Assembly (NCBI GenBank): GCA_964016885.1
Contig: OZ024745.1
Span: 125,798,001-125,862,000, forward strand
Source of the DNA: Eledone cirrhosa
Taxonomy: Eukaryota
Length of the DNA: 64,000 nucleotides
Direction: 5' to 3'
Every line of letters begins with the position of its first letter. The first letter of the stretch is position 1. Positions 25,046 to 37,652 of this stretch are shown here, in pieces. Under the pieces are notes generated by a model. The model worked only from the letters and a program-made list of their open reading frames with translations, was not told where the DNA came from and did no database searches. Both the position numbers and the translations under genes were made by a program.

Positions 25046-25376
25046 TTATGGTTGCGATCTACCCAACACTTATGTCGATTAAATTCATCTCAATGTGTAA
25101 CTGGTACTAAAATTTATCAAACCCGTAGGGATGAAAGGCAAAGCTAACATCTGCGGCATTTGAAATCAGAACGTAAAGGGACGTAACTCTATACGGCGAA
25201 GCATGGTGTCCGACACTTTATCGATACTTCCAATACACCACCCTTCAATAGCTTAATAATCGTTTCTGATTTAGGCACAAAGACAACAATTTGAGAGAGG
25301 GGGAAGTCAATTAAATCGACCCCCCTGCATTACGGATACTTTATTTTATTGACCTTGTATGGAAGAAAGGCAAAAG

Positions 25377-25446
25377 TTCTTAGCCAAAAGATCTTAGCCA
25401 AAAGATCTTAGACAAAAGATCTTAGCCAAAAGATCTTAGCCAAAAG
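25377..25446 (-). repeat. Five tandem 14-mers CTTTTGGCTAAGAT, equal to U2 snRNA nt 14-27
   Basis: Plus strand (ATCTTAGCCAAAAG)x5 with two single substitutions. Confidence 0.93.
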
Positions 25447-25482
25447 ATAGCTTCTCGGCCTTTTGGCTAATATCAAAGTGTA
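25447..25482 (+). pseudogene. U2: U2 snRNA 5' fragment (nt 1-36), retrocopy
   Basis: ATAGCTTCTCGGCCTTTTGGCTAATATCAAAGTGTA versus recalled U2 ATCGCTTCTCGGCCTTTTGGCTAAGATCAAAGTGTA (2 mismatches). The rest of U2 is absent. Confidence 0.92.
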
Positions 25483-26543
25483 CACGAGCTTAATAATTAT
25501 TTTTACTATAGGCACAAGGCCAGCAATTTGGGGAGAAAGGAAAGTAGATTAAATCGACCCCAGTGAATTACATGTGCTTTATTTTATCAACCCCGTAAGG
25601 AGGAAAGGCAAAGCTAACCTCGGGGGATTTAACTCAGAATATAAAGGAGCGTAACTCTATGCTGCAACGCATGGTATCCGACGCTCTACCGATACTGCCA
25701 ATCCACAGCTTTATAATTGTTTCTTCGTTTGCCACAAGGCCAACAATTTCCGAGTGCATTACTGGTACTTCATTTTATCGACCCCATAAGGATGAAAGGC
25801 AAAGTCAACCTCGGCGTGATTTGAACTCAGGTGAGAGTTAATTATATTACTAAATCCTTAGTATCGATAGAGGGTTGGACGCCATACTTTGACGCATAGA
25901 GTTACGGCCCTTGCCATTCTGAGTTCAAATCTCGCCGAGGTTAACTTTGCCTTTCATCCTTACGGGGTCGATAAAATAAAGTACCAGTAATGCACTGGGT
26001 AATTACTGGCCTTGTACCAAAAGTAAAAACAATTATTTGAAAATCCTATCCAATGCTCTTCATTAGAATGATGGTAAAGAAAGGCTTAATATTGTACAAC
26101 AAGTTCAAAGATTTCAATTTGATGGACCAAATTCTGCTGAAATTATTCCACTTTACCATTGCTTCTTAAACAATAAACATGTCTCAAGGACAAACATTAG
26201 AAAATGTTACATTATTTTTTTCTTAAACCATTTCTATCTTCTCATAAAGAGTGTTCTAATCTTAATGTAAAGAGGAAAATATAGATACCAAGCCTGATGT
26301 ATATAAGAAGCAATTTAGTTTTTTTCTAAGACTATACGGGAATTGACACCATCGTCAGATTGAAACGTATCTGAAACATTTAAATAAACCTATATTTAAT
26401 AAAAGAATCCTGAAGATATATATTTCATATATCTTAAAGTTTCGGAATTAAACGTGGAATTTCCACGGATAATATACGTATATGTTTGTATATGTAAATG
26501 TTTGAGTGAATTCACACTCACACGCACATACACACACACACAT

Positions 26544-26581
<38 letters not shown>

Positions 26582-26657
26582 ACATATATATAAATATGTA
26601 TATATATGTGTATATATATATATGTGGATATATATATATGTGTGTGTATTCACATAC

Positions 26658-26714
<57 letters not shown>

Positions 26715-29454
26715 CTTACAATTACTAAAATAGAGTAAGAAGTGCCAATATTTTTTTCTATCAGCAGAAATAATTCGGTCATATTAGATTACAGAGCTGT
26801 GCGATAAAAATCAACATTTTGTAAGAAACTATTCGTCTTCTCATACTTAAAGAAAGATTTTGTTATGATTTCAATAATTTTTGGTTTTCGTGTTCTTCAA
26901 CTTCATTCTACTCTCTGTGAAGATGTGTGTTTAGAAGTGGTTAGGGTGTTCGGTCGACAGGCGATCTTGTAAATTTGTGTGTTCGATTCTCGGTGAGGCA
27001 TTACTCACGAATTAATTTTGATGATTAAAAATTTAATTCCCTCTGTAATTGTCACAAACTGTCACACAGAATCTCCATGCGAACTCCGTTGCAGTTACAC
27101 CCATCGTTGACCCCACGAGCCAATCATTCTCGTAATCGGACAATTGAAATACTCGTCGACGAACCGACTGAGATCTAACACAACTCTCCTTTTCAAAAAA
27201 AAAAAATAAATAAATAAACAGGAAAGAAAAAGAAAAACGAACCCACAACATCAAAGTGGTAATCTCAGCTTCTGGAAATAAGAAACAACTCTGCTATTAA
27301 ACTTTGTATAATAGAACTGATCTTTAATCATCACTATTAACTCTCTTGTGTAATTTAATATTTATTAATGAAACCTGTTATCATAACGCTGTGTAAGTGT
27401 GGAGTTGCAGTAAAGTATAAAAGTCAATCAGTAATATATGAATTATTACAGCCAGACTTAATTTATATATGGACGCCAGCATGGCCGAGATGTTAAGAAG
27501 GTATTATTTCAATCATCAGATCTTTGGTTCAATCCAGTTGGGGGATAGCTTGGGAAAGGTGTTCCATCATTGAGAAATATTTAAATGAGTTATGTCTGTC
27601 TGTTAAAGAAGCTGATTGTGAATATGATCCTTTCACAATCATGAAGTTCCGGAATCGGTCTCATTACGTAGTAACTCGAGTAATGGTTTTGTTCAATAGC
27701 CAAGGTTTCAGCTAATCCCGACAGAAACTCGGACAGAAACTTGTGACAGAAACTCGTTCACCTGTTCCTGAAAATACTAAACGTGTTACACACTGTGTCA
27801 TGCTGAATCTCCCTAAGTATTATATTATGGTTTTGTGAAATGCAGTCACACATACACTCTTCATCGCAAACAACAGAGGTGTATTGTTAGATGCATGGTT
27901 GATAGATCCTGCGTCTGTTTCAACTAAGAATAGCCAGTCTTTCTATTATAACTGAACGTTCGACTCGTGAATTACCGTTTAAGTGACTGAGTATTCGACA
28001 GACACATGTAGCCTTAACTTAATTCTAAGGCTGAACAAGCGAGTCAGAAAGTGTGTCAATACTGGACGTTTGAACTACAGGTACAATCCATCAGACTATT
28101 GTAACTGAACGAATATGTTGTTGTTGCTATTGTTTCGCTCTAGGTCAGTAGTAATGCAGTAAACGCATATTTTCTCTTTGAAAACAATAAGATTTAATTT
28201 GAGGGAGATTGAACCTTCTATTTCTTGCAAGTGTAGTCATATTTTAACTATGACTAGACTGATGGATTAATGCATTCTCCCAAATAGTTCGAAATTTGAA
28301 TTCAGAACGCCAAGAAGTGGAATCAGATTTTGTTCTAACAACTTCTTAAATCCCCCTTGACTTTATAGTCACCCCCACCTCTTCGAAAGAATCAAAGGCA
28401 AAGCTGACCTCCACGTGATTTGAGCTCAGAGTACACATTAATTGCTTTTGTTTTTCAGTGGTTTGTTTATTGCTAAACTCAGACTATCATGTTGTGAGCA
28501 TTAGCAGTGTTGTAGTAATTTATATTTTAATCTAATGAGTCGTATCTTAACTAATAATATACCTTCAGAATAACTTGTGTAATTTATTATATGTATTATT
28601 GCTAACCGACATTTAAAAATAAATTTATGGGATTAATTTTAGCTTGACAATAATTATTCATTTACCAAGGGACAAAGTCTCATTTTTTATAGAAAGGAGT
28701 TATAATTAGATTTCGTTAGATGGAAAATAAACTGAAAATGTTTAGATTTATACCAAGATTACATCGACTATTTCAGTCGCTATTTCGCCTCTTAGAATAT
28801 TAGACTTTAACATAGAAGCAACATCTTGTTTATAAAAACATTGAAAAGCTACGCCTGTCCATTGAACTGAGTCGAATAAAATTAAATTTACCATGCAGTG
28901 TTGGTTACCATTGAGTCTATGGTACTTAGCTGTATGAATCTCAAATGAGAGGTATTTGTCTCCCAGGAGAGCAATTTTAGCAAAAGGGAATTGGGAAAGA
29001 ATCTTAGTCAGGGGGAGGAATCCAAACCGGAAAAACATAGTCTAAGCTGTTCAAATATCAAATTATATATCAAATGAAATAGCAACATATCTAACTATGC
29101 GTGCGATCACTAATCGTGTACCAAAAGAAAAAAAAAAAAAAAAAAGAAAAGCTGCTTCAGACTTAATTTCGTTTGGGTTTATACAAGGATTGAGGTCTGA
29201 AAAGCTTACTCAGGAAAATTTCAGGCTCGGGTGAAAAATTGCTAGCTGATAAATCAAAATAAGGGAGAAATTGCGGAAACCTGGAAATGCAAGCAGAGGA
29301 ATGTGATCTGAGTTTCTGAGAATCACTGCCATAGATGAAGAAATAATATTTATAGATATTTCAGTTTAGATTTCCTTTTAATGGTGATTCACTTCACCTT
29401 CGTTGAAAATCTCTTGGGGAAATTAATTAAAACCCCAACACCAATTATAAATAT

Positions 29455-29622
29455 ACATGGACACACTAGAAGAGGAAGACCAAGGTTAACATTTGTTGAT
29501 GCCCTAAGGACAGACACTGGTCTGTTGGAGATGCAGGATATGGCAGCGATAATGAGGGACAGAGACCGCTGGAGAGAACTCGTCCATGGATCTCGGGAAT
29601 TTTACCCGCCTTAGATAGATAT
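29455..29622 (+). mobile_element. RTE-clade LINE 3' end
   Basis: HGHTRRGRPRLTFVDAL..DTGL...MRDRDRWRELV, then a stop and a short (TAGA) tail. Confidence 0.75.
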
Positions 29623-31119
29623 ATATGTATATGCCTAATGAGAAGAAAATTAATATTAACGACAATTATAGAATAATTAAGTTGTGAAATATAATATGTC
29701 CAATATTGGTTTCTAATTTAAGTGCAATATTAGGAATTGGCGGGAGGTCAGGGTTAAATCGAGATGATGAAAGACAAAGTCAACAGGGATGGTATTTGAA
29801 CTTAGAATGTAAAAAGTCATAACTAAATGTCACAAAGCATTTTGTCTGTTGCTCTTACTAGTTTGTTGATCCAATAACATCTAATATATATAAAATTATA
29901 AATCATGTTTTCTATTTGGAAAAAAAAAAAATCAATGCAAATACTGGTAAAAATGGATTAGTTTTAAAACTGCATGTATTAAAGATTTCCAATAAACAAA
30001 GTTAAAATCTATAGTTGTTTGATTTTTTTAACACCCATTTCATGGACTTTGTAATTTGATATACACATGATTGAGGTATGTGACATTTTCTTCGTATCGT
30101 AATTGCTTAGCCAGGCTGTGATTTATGAAGTTATTCTAAAATAGATTTTAGAATAAATGTGCTAACGTGGTTTTTGAAAATAGACTGTAGGTGGGTAACG
30201 TGACATAGATGTATTTGAATTATATGTCCTTGAAGAAGTAACCACCAGGAAATAATACTTCGTTTCAAAATATGTAATCGGATTCTACTATATTAATATT
30301 GCTTCAGGGAAAATGTCAATATACTTGACAGGATCAGGGTTGTTATTTTATCAAAATAGCAAGAGAATTATGTTCCAAAAGCTAGTATAATTTTATCGAA
30401 CTAAGACATGTTCTCGTTGTTTCTTACACCTTGTAAACTGTTTACCATTGGGGGGAGTATTTTTCATATCTATTTGTAATTATTTACATTTTTTGTTATT
30501 TCTGTATACTGTATCATATAGAATTTCCGACTGTATCATTTCCAAACTTTTTAATTTTTGAAAGGTTTTCAATTCTTCCTGATATCAACGTATACTGGCG
30601 TTTACCAAAGGGATGTCTGTTCATCTCAATTCGGTAATGTTATTTTACCAACAATCAAAAAATATATTCAGCTTGCCTTCTTGTTTCTCAAATCCCACAA
30701 TGCTCCTGTACAAACATTTTGCCTTCTACTGCTATGTGTAAATTTATTCTTTTACAAATATATCATTTCTGGAACACTTTGCTATTCATAGGTTTCAGAA
30801 ACTTAGAAATGTTTGTACATTCACTAATATAGCATGTGGACGCAGGTTGTTTAAACCCAAGGGAGTCGTAAGTGTGACTTCTTTGGTTATCGTAAAGCTA
30901 AAAGAGCCCATCGTTCTCCACATCTCATGCCAATCGACATCTTCCAGAGATGAGAGAGTCAGAGCGATAAGATACAGTTATAGAGGAAGAATTGACGCGA
31001 GTACTGGAATAGTACATTTTTATTTACCTTAAAATAATGAAAGGCGTAATTGACATCATCGGGATTTGAACTCAGAACCCAGGGGCTGGAATGAATACCA
31101 CAAACATGCTACTCTAACG

Positions 31120-31470
31120 CAGCATGGGAGAATGGTTAAGTAGTTAGCTTCAAAATGATAGGATACCGAGTTCAATCCCACAGCATGGACTCTTCGGTGA
31201 GTGGCACTGACTATAGATCGTGTCAACCAAAGACCTCTGTGTGTTATTTGGGAGACGGAAACTGTTTGGAAATCCAATAGATGCATTGTACCTGTAATTG
31301 AAAGAAACAACTATGTCACATATAGTGTTACGCCGAATCTCATGGAGGATCACGTTAAGAATATGTTTCTGTTGAATGTAAAGTTACATGCACGTTAATC
31401 TAATGAGCAGTATGTTCCATAGTTTGGATAATTGGAACAGTCACTGTCGAAACCGACGGAGGTCCATTCC
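31120..31470 (+). mobile_element. Old tRNA/CORE-type SINE; related copies ~27470-27850 and ~53430-53650
   Basis: A box ATGGTTAAG and B box GAGTTCAATCCC. Copies share a tail (..CATGCTGAATCT..GAGAA/CTAC..CACGTTAAT). Confidence 0.55.
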
Positions 31471-31584
31471 ATGTCAAAACACTCCCAAAGTGACTGCAAA
31501 AGCTATAGACAATATCTTTCAAGGTTAAGAGGATTTCTAAAATATATTAATTGTAAAATGATAAGTTCGTCAATACAATCTTCC

Positions 31585-32304
31585 GAACAATATATATAGA
31601 AGGAACAATATATATAGAAGGAACACTATATATAGAAGGAACACTATATATAGAAGGAACTATATATATAGAAGGAACACTATATATAGAAGGAACACTA
31701 TATATAGAAGGAACACTATATATAGAAGGAACAATATATATAGAAGGAACACTATATATAGAAGGAACACTATATATAGAAGGAACTATATATATAGAAG
31801 GAACACTATATATAGAAGGAACACTATATATAGAAGGAACACTATATATAGAAGGAACAATATATATAGAAGGAACACTATATATAGAAGGAACACTATA
31901 TATAGAAGGAACACTATATATAGAAGGAACAATATATATAGAAGGAACTATATATATAGAAGGAACACTATATATAGAAGGAACACTATATATAGAAGGA
32001 ACACTATATATAGAAGGAACACTATATATAGAAGGAACACTATATATAGAAGGAACACTATATATAGAAGGAACTATATATATAGAAGGAACACTATATA
32101 TAGAAGGAACTATATATATAGAAGGAACACTATATATAGAAGGAACACTATATATAGAAGGAACAATATATATAGAAGGAACTATATATATAGAAGGAAC
32201 ACTATATATAGAAGGAACACTATATATAGAAGGAACACTATATATAGAAGGAACACTATATATAGAAGGAACACTATATATATAGAAGGAACTATATATA
32301 TAGA
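31585..32304. repeat. 18-bp minisatellite GAAGGAAC(AC/AA/TA)TATATATA, ~40 units
   Basis: Direct reading; gives the spurious (SIYSVP)n ORF. Confidence 0.97.
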
Positions 32305-32954
32305 GAATTTCACAGACCCAAGTCAAGAATCAACTTCTTGGATACATGAAGAAGAAATATAAGTAATTTCTGTCAATCCAACGTACAATAGATGATTTTT
32401 TCATCGATCACGGTAGGATGAAGCACAATCATATTGCCGAATTTAGATTATTTAAATACAAAATAAAAATTAAACAGCATAATTAGAAAAGAAGAAGTAT
32501 TGGTATACTTTCTGCCCCCTCTCCGCCGGCCAACCATCACCTTTATATTTTACTATATATTTGATATTATAACCACTATTAACCACTACAGTAAGGCAGT
32601 TGATTTAGCAGAATCGTTAGTACGTTGGATATTTGTTCCGGATCTCTGCGCTTGAGTTCAAATCCCGATGAATTACACTTAGCATTTCATATTTTCGGGG
32701 TCGATAAAGAAAGTACCGGTCCTCTGCTGATGACGCCTTCTCTCTTCCCAGCTATCACAACCTGACTGATTTTTAGATCAAGGAAGAGTGTCTGCTCGCT
32801 ACTGCATGGACACGTCAAACCATTATCGATAGCATGGTAAATACTACCGAATCATAGTCGATTGAGAACGACGGCTTTAATTCTTTGTTTCACCACCACA
32901 GTAGATGACTTCTGAAATAATTATAAGTGTCATCAGTCTATTATTAAAAGCTCA

Positions 32955-33119
32955 GGGGCGGTGGATTGGCAGTATCGGTAGAGGGTCGGACGCCATGCTT
33001 TTGTCAGCATAGTTACGTCCCGCCGAGGTTAACTTTGCCTTTCATCCTTATGGGGTCGATAAAATAAAGTACCAGTAATACACTGAGTAATTGCTGGCCT
33101 CGTGCCAAAAGTAGAAACA
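32955..33119 (+). mobile_element. SINE, short form, with internal deletion of the B box
   Basis: TSD ATTATTAAAAGCTCA at 32940-32954 / 33120-33134. Confidence 0.92.
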
Positions 33120-33673
33120 ATTATTAAAAGCTCATGTAAACTATCAGAAATCTGAAATATGGTTTCTATTTGCAGTTTCTTTCTTTTTCACTTGCTGTTT
33201 AATCAGAAAAGAAGAGGCGTTGTACATATAGTCGGAGGGAGATAGGAAATATTCTTAAATCAGAAACCTGATCTGTTTGCACCAGAGTGGACGCTACTAA
33301 GTGCACCAAATGGCCAGGTGGTGGTATTAAACCGAGTAACAGAATCCAAAGAAGCCGGTAAAATATCATAAATCATCTATCTAGTTCGACGGTTTAACCA
33401 TCCTGCAAATACACCAGCTTAGACTGGCATTTTATTTTATTAGAGGAAAAGCAAAGTTGAGCTCTGTATGATTTGTACAGAGACCGCAGCCTGCCGGAAT
33501 AAATATGTCCTAACATCTCTGTCACTACACCGCGTTAGTGTGGTTTGTTGTGGTCATAATTATTAACAGTAGTTAGGTTAGTATTAAACATATTTAATGC
33601 GAGAAAACATTGAAATATTAAATATAAATAATCGAATTACTCCTCCCAAAAATTGTTGACGTTGTGCCTAAAT

Positions 33674-34040
33674 GGTTTCTTATATAGGCACAAGGCCAAC
33701 AATTTTGGGGGAGGGAAAGTCGATTATATCGACCCCAGTGCGTAAGGATGAAAGGCAAAGTTAACGTCGGTGGGATTTGAACTCAGATCATAAAGGGCCA
33801 TAACTTTAGGCTGCAAAGCATAGCGTCCGACTCTCTACCGATACTGCCAATCTACAGCGCTTTTAGTGTTTCTACTTTTGTCACAAGGCCAGCAATTACA
33901 CCAGTGCATTACTGATACTTTATTTTATCGACCCCGTAAGGATGAAAGGCAAAGATAACCTCCTTGGGATTTGAACTCAGAACGTAAAGGGCCATAACTC
34001 TATGCTGCAAAGCATGGCGTCCGATACAGCCAATTCACCT
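33674..34040 (-). mobile_element. Two adjacent SINE copies inserted in the tail of an older SINE
   Basis: Consensus blocks; TTGTGCCTAAAT repeated on both sides. Confidence 0.82.
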
Positions 34041-34793
34041 CCCTGACTTTGTGCCTAAATGAGAAACTGCTACATAGTCAGTGAACTGATAGAGTCGTTA
34101 GCACGTCGGACAGAATTCTTTGAAGTATCTATTCCGACTCTACGCTCCCTGAGTTCAATTTCTACCAAGATCAACTTTGACTCTCATTCTTTGGGGGTTG
34201 AGAAAACGAGTGCCAGTCCAGTAATGGGGTCGATTCTTCCACTATTTCTCTTTCTCACCTCCTCTCTCGCCCACTTTTACCTTCTATGGAAGAAATCTGT
34301 TGTGTTCAGATATGAAAGAGGATGGCCTCTGCCAGGTTAAAAGGATCAAGTTGGTGACCCTACGACTCCATTAGGACTTACGTATCCTTAGATATACATC
34401 GTTATATGAACGTAAGCTATCACATATGCTTGTAACAATGGATATTAGCATATTTTATAGTCAGTTTTACATTAAACACTTAAAACACATATGACTATCT
34501 ACGGCCGTCACTGGCAATCAAGTATGATTTTGTAATATGCAGTAGTATGTACCATGTTTTAGGTGTTTATGCAGTCGTGAGGAGATAGAGATAACCACTT
34601 TCCTCACCCTCCTTTTTTTTCCTTTTATACAACGGAACATCCAAGATGTGTCAACTTGCAGGAGACATGGCTGGTACATTCGTTATCGACCCCGGAAGAA
34701 TGAAAAGTAAAAGGGATCTTAACGAAATTTGAACTCAGAACAGAGACAACCAGAACGAATGACCGATGCACAAGCAATTCTGCCAAATCAATA

Positions 34794-35105
34794 TACGAGG
34801 GTGGCTGAAAGGTTCATAGGCTGACCAAGATACTCTCATGGAATGAACAAATAAGGTTTCATTTTCAACATAGTCCCTGGAAAGAAACAATGCAGTTATT
34901 AATAAGAAGATTTGAAGTTAATGCATTCAAGATTTCACAGCTCTAGCATTACTTCTTCATAGGCTGACCAAGATACGCTCATGGAATGAGCAAATAAGGT
35001 TTAATGTTCAACATAGTCCCTGGAAAGAAACAATGCAGTTATTAATAAGAAGATTTGAAGTCAATGCATGCAAGATTTCACAGCTCTAGCATCACTCCTT
35101 CATAG
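34794..35105 (+). mobile_element. Mariner-like terminal fragment with a 143-bp tandem duplication
   Basis: Starts TA|CGAGGGTGGCTGAAA; repeat units begin at 34813 and 34956. Confidence 0.55.
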
Positions 35106-35609
35106 TAACTATATAAATATTTTAGCTCACACTCATGCGTATGCTTGTGCGTGCTGTCTACACGAGGTTGTGTGTGTGTGTGCGTGTGTGTATGTGTGTA
35201 AGTAACTGTGTACATGTGTGCTCACGTGTAAGTATGTCTGTAGAAAGTGTAATGGTATCAATGGGCATATATTTGTTAATACTAATTTCAAGGCAAATAT
35301 ATATATAATAATAATTGTTTCTACTTTAAGCACAAGGCCAGCAATTACCCAGTGCATTACTGGTACTTTATTTTATCGACCCCGTAAGGATGAAAGGCAA
35401 AGTCAACCTCGGCGGGATTTGATATATATAATAATAATAATAATAATATTTATACATATATATATATAATTATAAACAGGAAAGGTCAGCAATTCAAACG
35501 AAAGTTTGGAAGAAACGATTGTCAGCAATAAAATGTTTTGAACATAGTTTTGATTATTCTGTAATTTATATATATATATATAGCGGCGATGAATGACCCT
35601 CCCAAGTAT

Positions 35610-35668
<59 letters not shown>

Positions 35669-35675
<7 letters not shown>

Positions 35676-36026
35676 GTGAGGGTTTTTTTACAAAATGAAA
35701 AATAACCGAGGTGTCCTACACGAGTGGAAGTATAAAGAAAAAGGGATGAAATCGAAAATGCAACCGAAGTCTTATTTTTTTTTAAAATATATATATTTAT
35801 TTGGTTCCTTTACCGGTTTCGCAGTTCTTCTGCTTTTCAAAAGGTGAGTTGAGATGGAGGGTCTGTGGTTTTTCTCACATCTGTGAGAAAAACCACAGAC
35901 CCTCCATCTCAACTCACCTTTTGAAAAGCAGAAGAACTGCGAAACCGGTAAAGGAACCAAATAAATATATATATTTTTAAAAAAAATAAGACTTCGGTTG
36001 CATTTTCGATTTCATCCCTTTTTCTT

Positions 36027-36030
<4 letters not shown>
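35669..36030. mobile_element. Fold-back Penelope-like element, family A
   Basis: 149-bp arms 35731-35879 / 35882-36030 with a 2-bp spacer, a hammerhead in each arm, flanked by (TA)n. Confidence 0.8.
35917..35954 (+). ncRNA. Minimal type I hammerhead, U3-A8 variant (mirror copy 35807-35844, minus)
   Basis: CCTT-TTGAAAA-GCAG aagaa CTGC-GAAA-CCGG-TA-AAGG; palindromic helix III ACCGGT. Confidence 0.72.
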
Positions 36031-36059
<29 letters not shown>

Positions 36060-36170
36060 ATATGTATGTATATATGTGTGTGTGTGTATATGTATGTATA
36101 TATGTGTGTGTGTGTATATGTATGTATATATGTGTGTGTGTGTATATGTATGTATGTATGTATGTATGTG

Positions 36171-36212
<42 letters not shown>

Positions 36213-36434
36213 TACTGCATCAGATCAACGGGGATTCTAACTAACTCCGTATTTTCCTGCACTTCTGGATAATTGGTCAATCGTGCTAACCATTGAGTTA
36301 CAGAATAATGCCTGCTCAGCAGGAGGGAAATATTTCGATTGTCAGCGTGGATTAGATTGGAAGTTTTAATTTTCGAAGTATCATTTACAAATGTATACGA
36401 ATTAATATTGTTTGTATGAGAAAGGCATATATAT

Positions 36435-36562
36435 TCATTTCTGAAGACAGCATGTATATGTGAAGGTATATTTCCTCTGATAGTTTGTAATATTTTTACA
36501 TAGATCTATATGATATACATACCAACACACACATATATATCCTAGAAACGATCGTAAAATGA
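36435..36562 (+). ncRNA. Type I hammerhead with long stem II (family B, copy 2; element ~36389-36790)
   Basis: TCATTT-CTGAAGA-[97 nt]-GAAA-CGATCG-TA-AAATGA. The upstream ~45 bp (36389-36434) is repeated at ~36744-36789, like a partial tandem pseudo-LTR. Confidence 0.7.
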
Positions 36563-36677
36563 TGAATATTTTAATATAAGGAACTTGTTCTGTTTTTATT
36601 CATTGTTTTTATTAATTTATATATATATATATATTTCATTTCTGAATTTGTTTAGCAACATGACCCTCCCAAAGTAT

Positions 36678-36747
<70 letters not shown>

Positions 36748-36987
36748 GTATACAAATTAATATTGTTTGTATGAGAAAGCCATATATGTATGTGTATATA
36801 TATATATATACATCTGGCTTACCGGTCGTTGTCTTCAATTTGCAAAGCTGTCTAACCGTAATATTATAACTCTAAGGTAAAATACCTTATTGAGTGCTTA
36901 GCTGTACATTCCGATTGCATTCGTTAGCTTAGCTGCAGCCGTAGCTTCGATTATGCTGTACTTCCATTTGTATATATATATATAAAT

Positions 36988-37055
<68 letters not shown>

Positions 37056-37062
<7 letters not shown>

Positions 37063-37257
37063 GTGAGGTTTTTTTTACAAAATGAAAAATAACCGAGGTG
37101 TCCTACACGAGTGAAAGTATAAAGAAAAAGAGATGAAATCGAAAATGCAACTGGAGTCTTATTTTTTTTTTTTTAAATATATATATTTATTTGGTTCCTT
37201 TACCGGTTTCGCAGTTCTTCTGCTTTTCAAAAGGTGAGTTGAGATGGAGGGTCTGTG
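37056..37257 (-). mobile_element. Family A element, single arm (hammerhead 37197-37234)
   Basis: Near-identical to 35669-35867. Confidence 0.8.
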
Positions 37258-37360
37258 ATGTATGTATGTAAATGTGTGCGTCTATGTGCGTATGTGTGTA
37301 TGTGTATATATGTGTGTGTATTTGTATATATATATATGTGTGTGTATGTGTATATATGTA

Positions 37361-37399
<39 letters not shown>

Positions 37400-37571
37400 G
37401 TGTATATGTATGTATATATATATGTATGTACATATGTATATATATATGTATGTATATATGTATATATATATATATATGTAATATGTATGTATATATATAT
37501 ATATGTATATATATATGCATGTATATATATATATATATATATGTGTGTGTATGTGTGTATGTATGTATATA

Positions 37572-37652
<81 letters not shown>

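Larger units (their letters stand above)
25075..26030. mobile_element. Cluster of five SINE copies (~25075-25243 -, 25261-25376 -, 25498-25710 -, 25718-25830 -, 25860-26030 +)
   Basis: Repeated family consensus blocks. Confidence 0.88.

Noticed and set aside
25447-25482. Functional U2 snRNA gene or Keno/Utopia insertion site
   Set aside because: Only nt 1-36 are present, with no Sm site or 3' half and no adjoining LINE; the fragment lies within a TSD.
26405-26450. CTGAAGA followed by a TA hairpin
   Set aside because: GAAA core is missing and stem I does not pair.
28748-29038. 96-aa ORF, and DYFSRY (integrase-like) on the opposite strand
   Set aside because: Single short motif with no other integrase features.
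31547-32326. 259-aa (SIYSVP)n ORF or CRISPR-like array
   Set aside because: 18-bp minisatellite without stops in one frame; no unique spacers.
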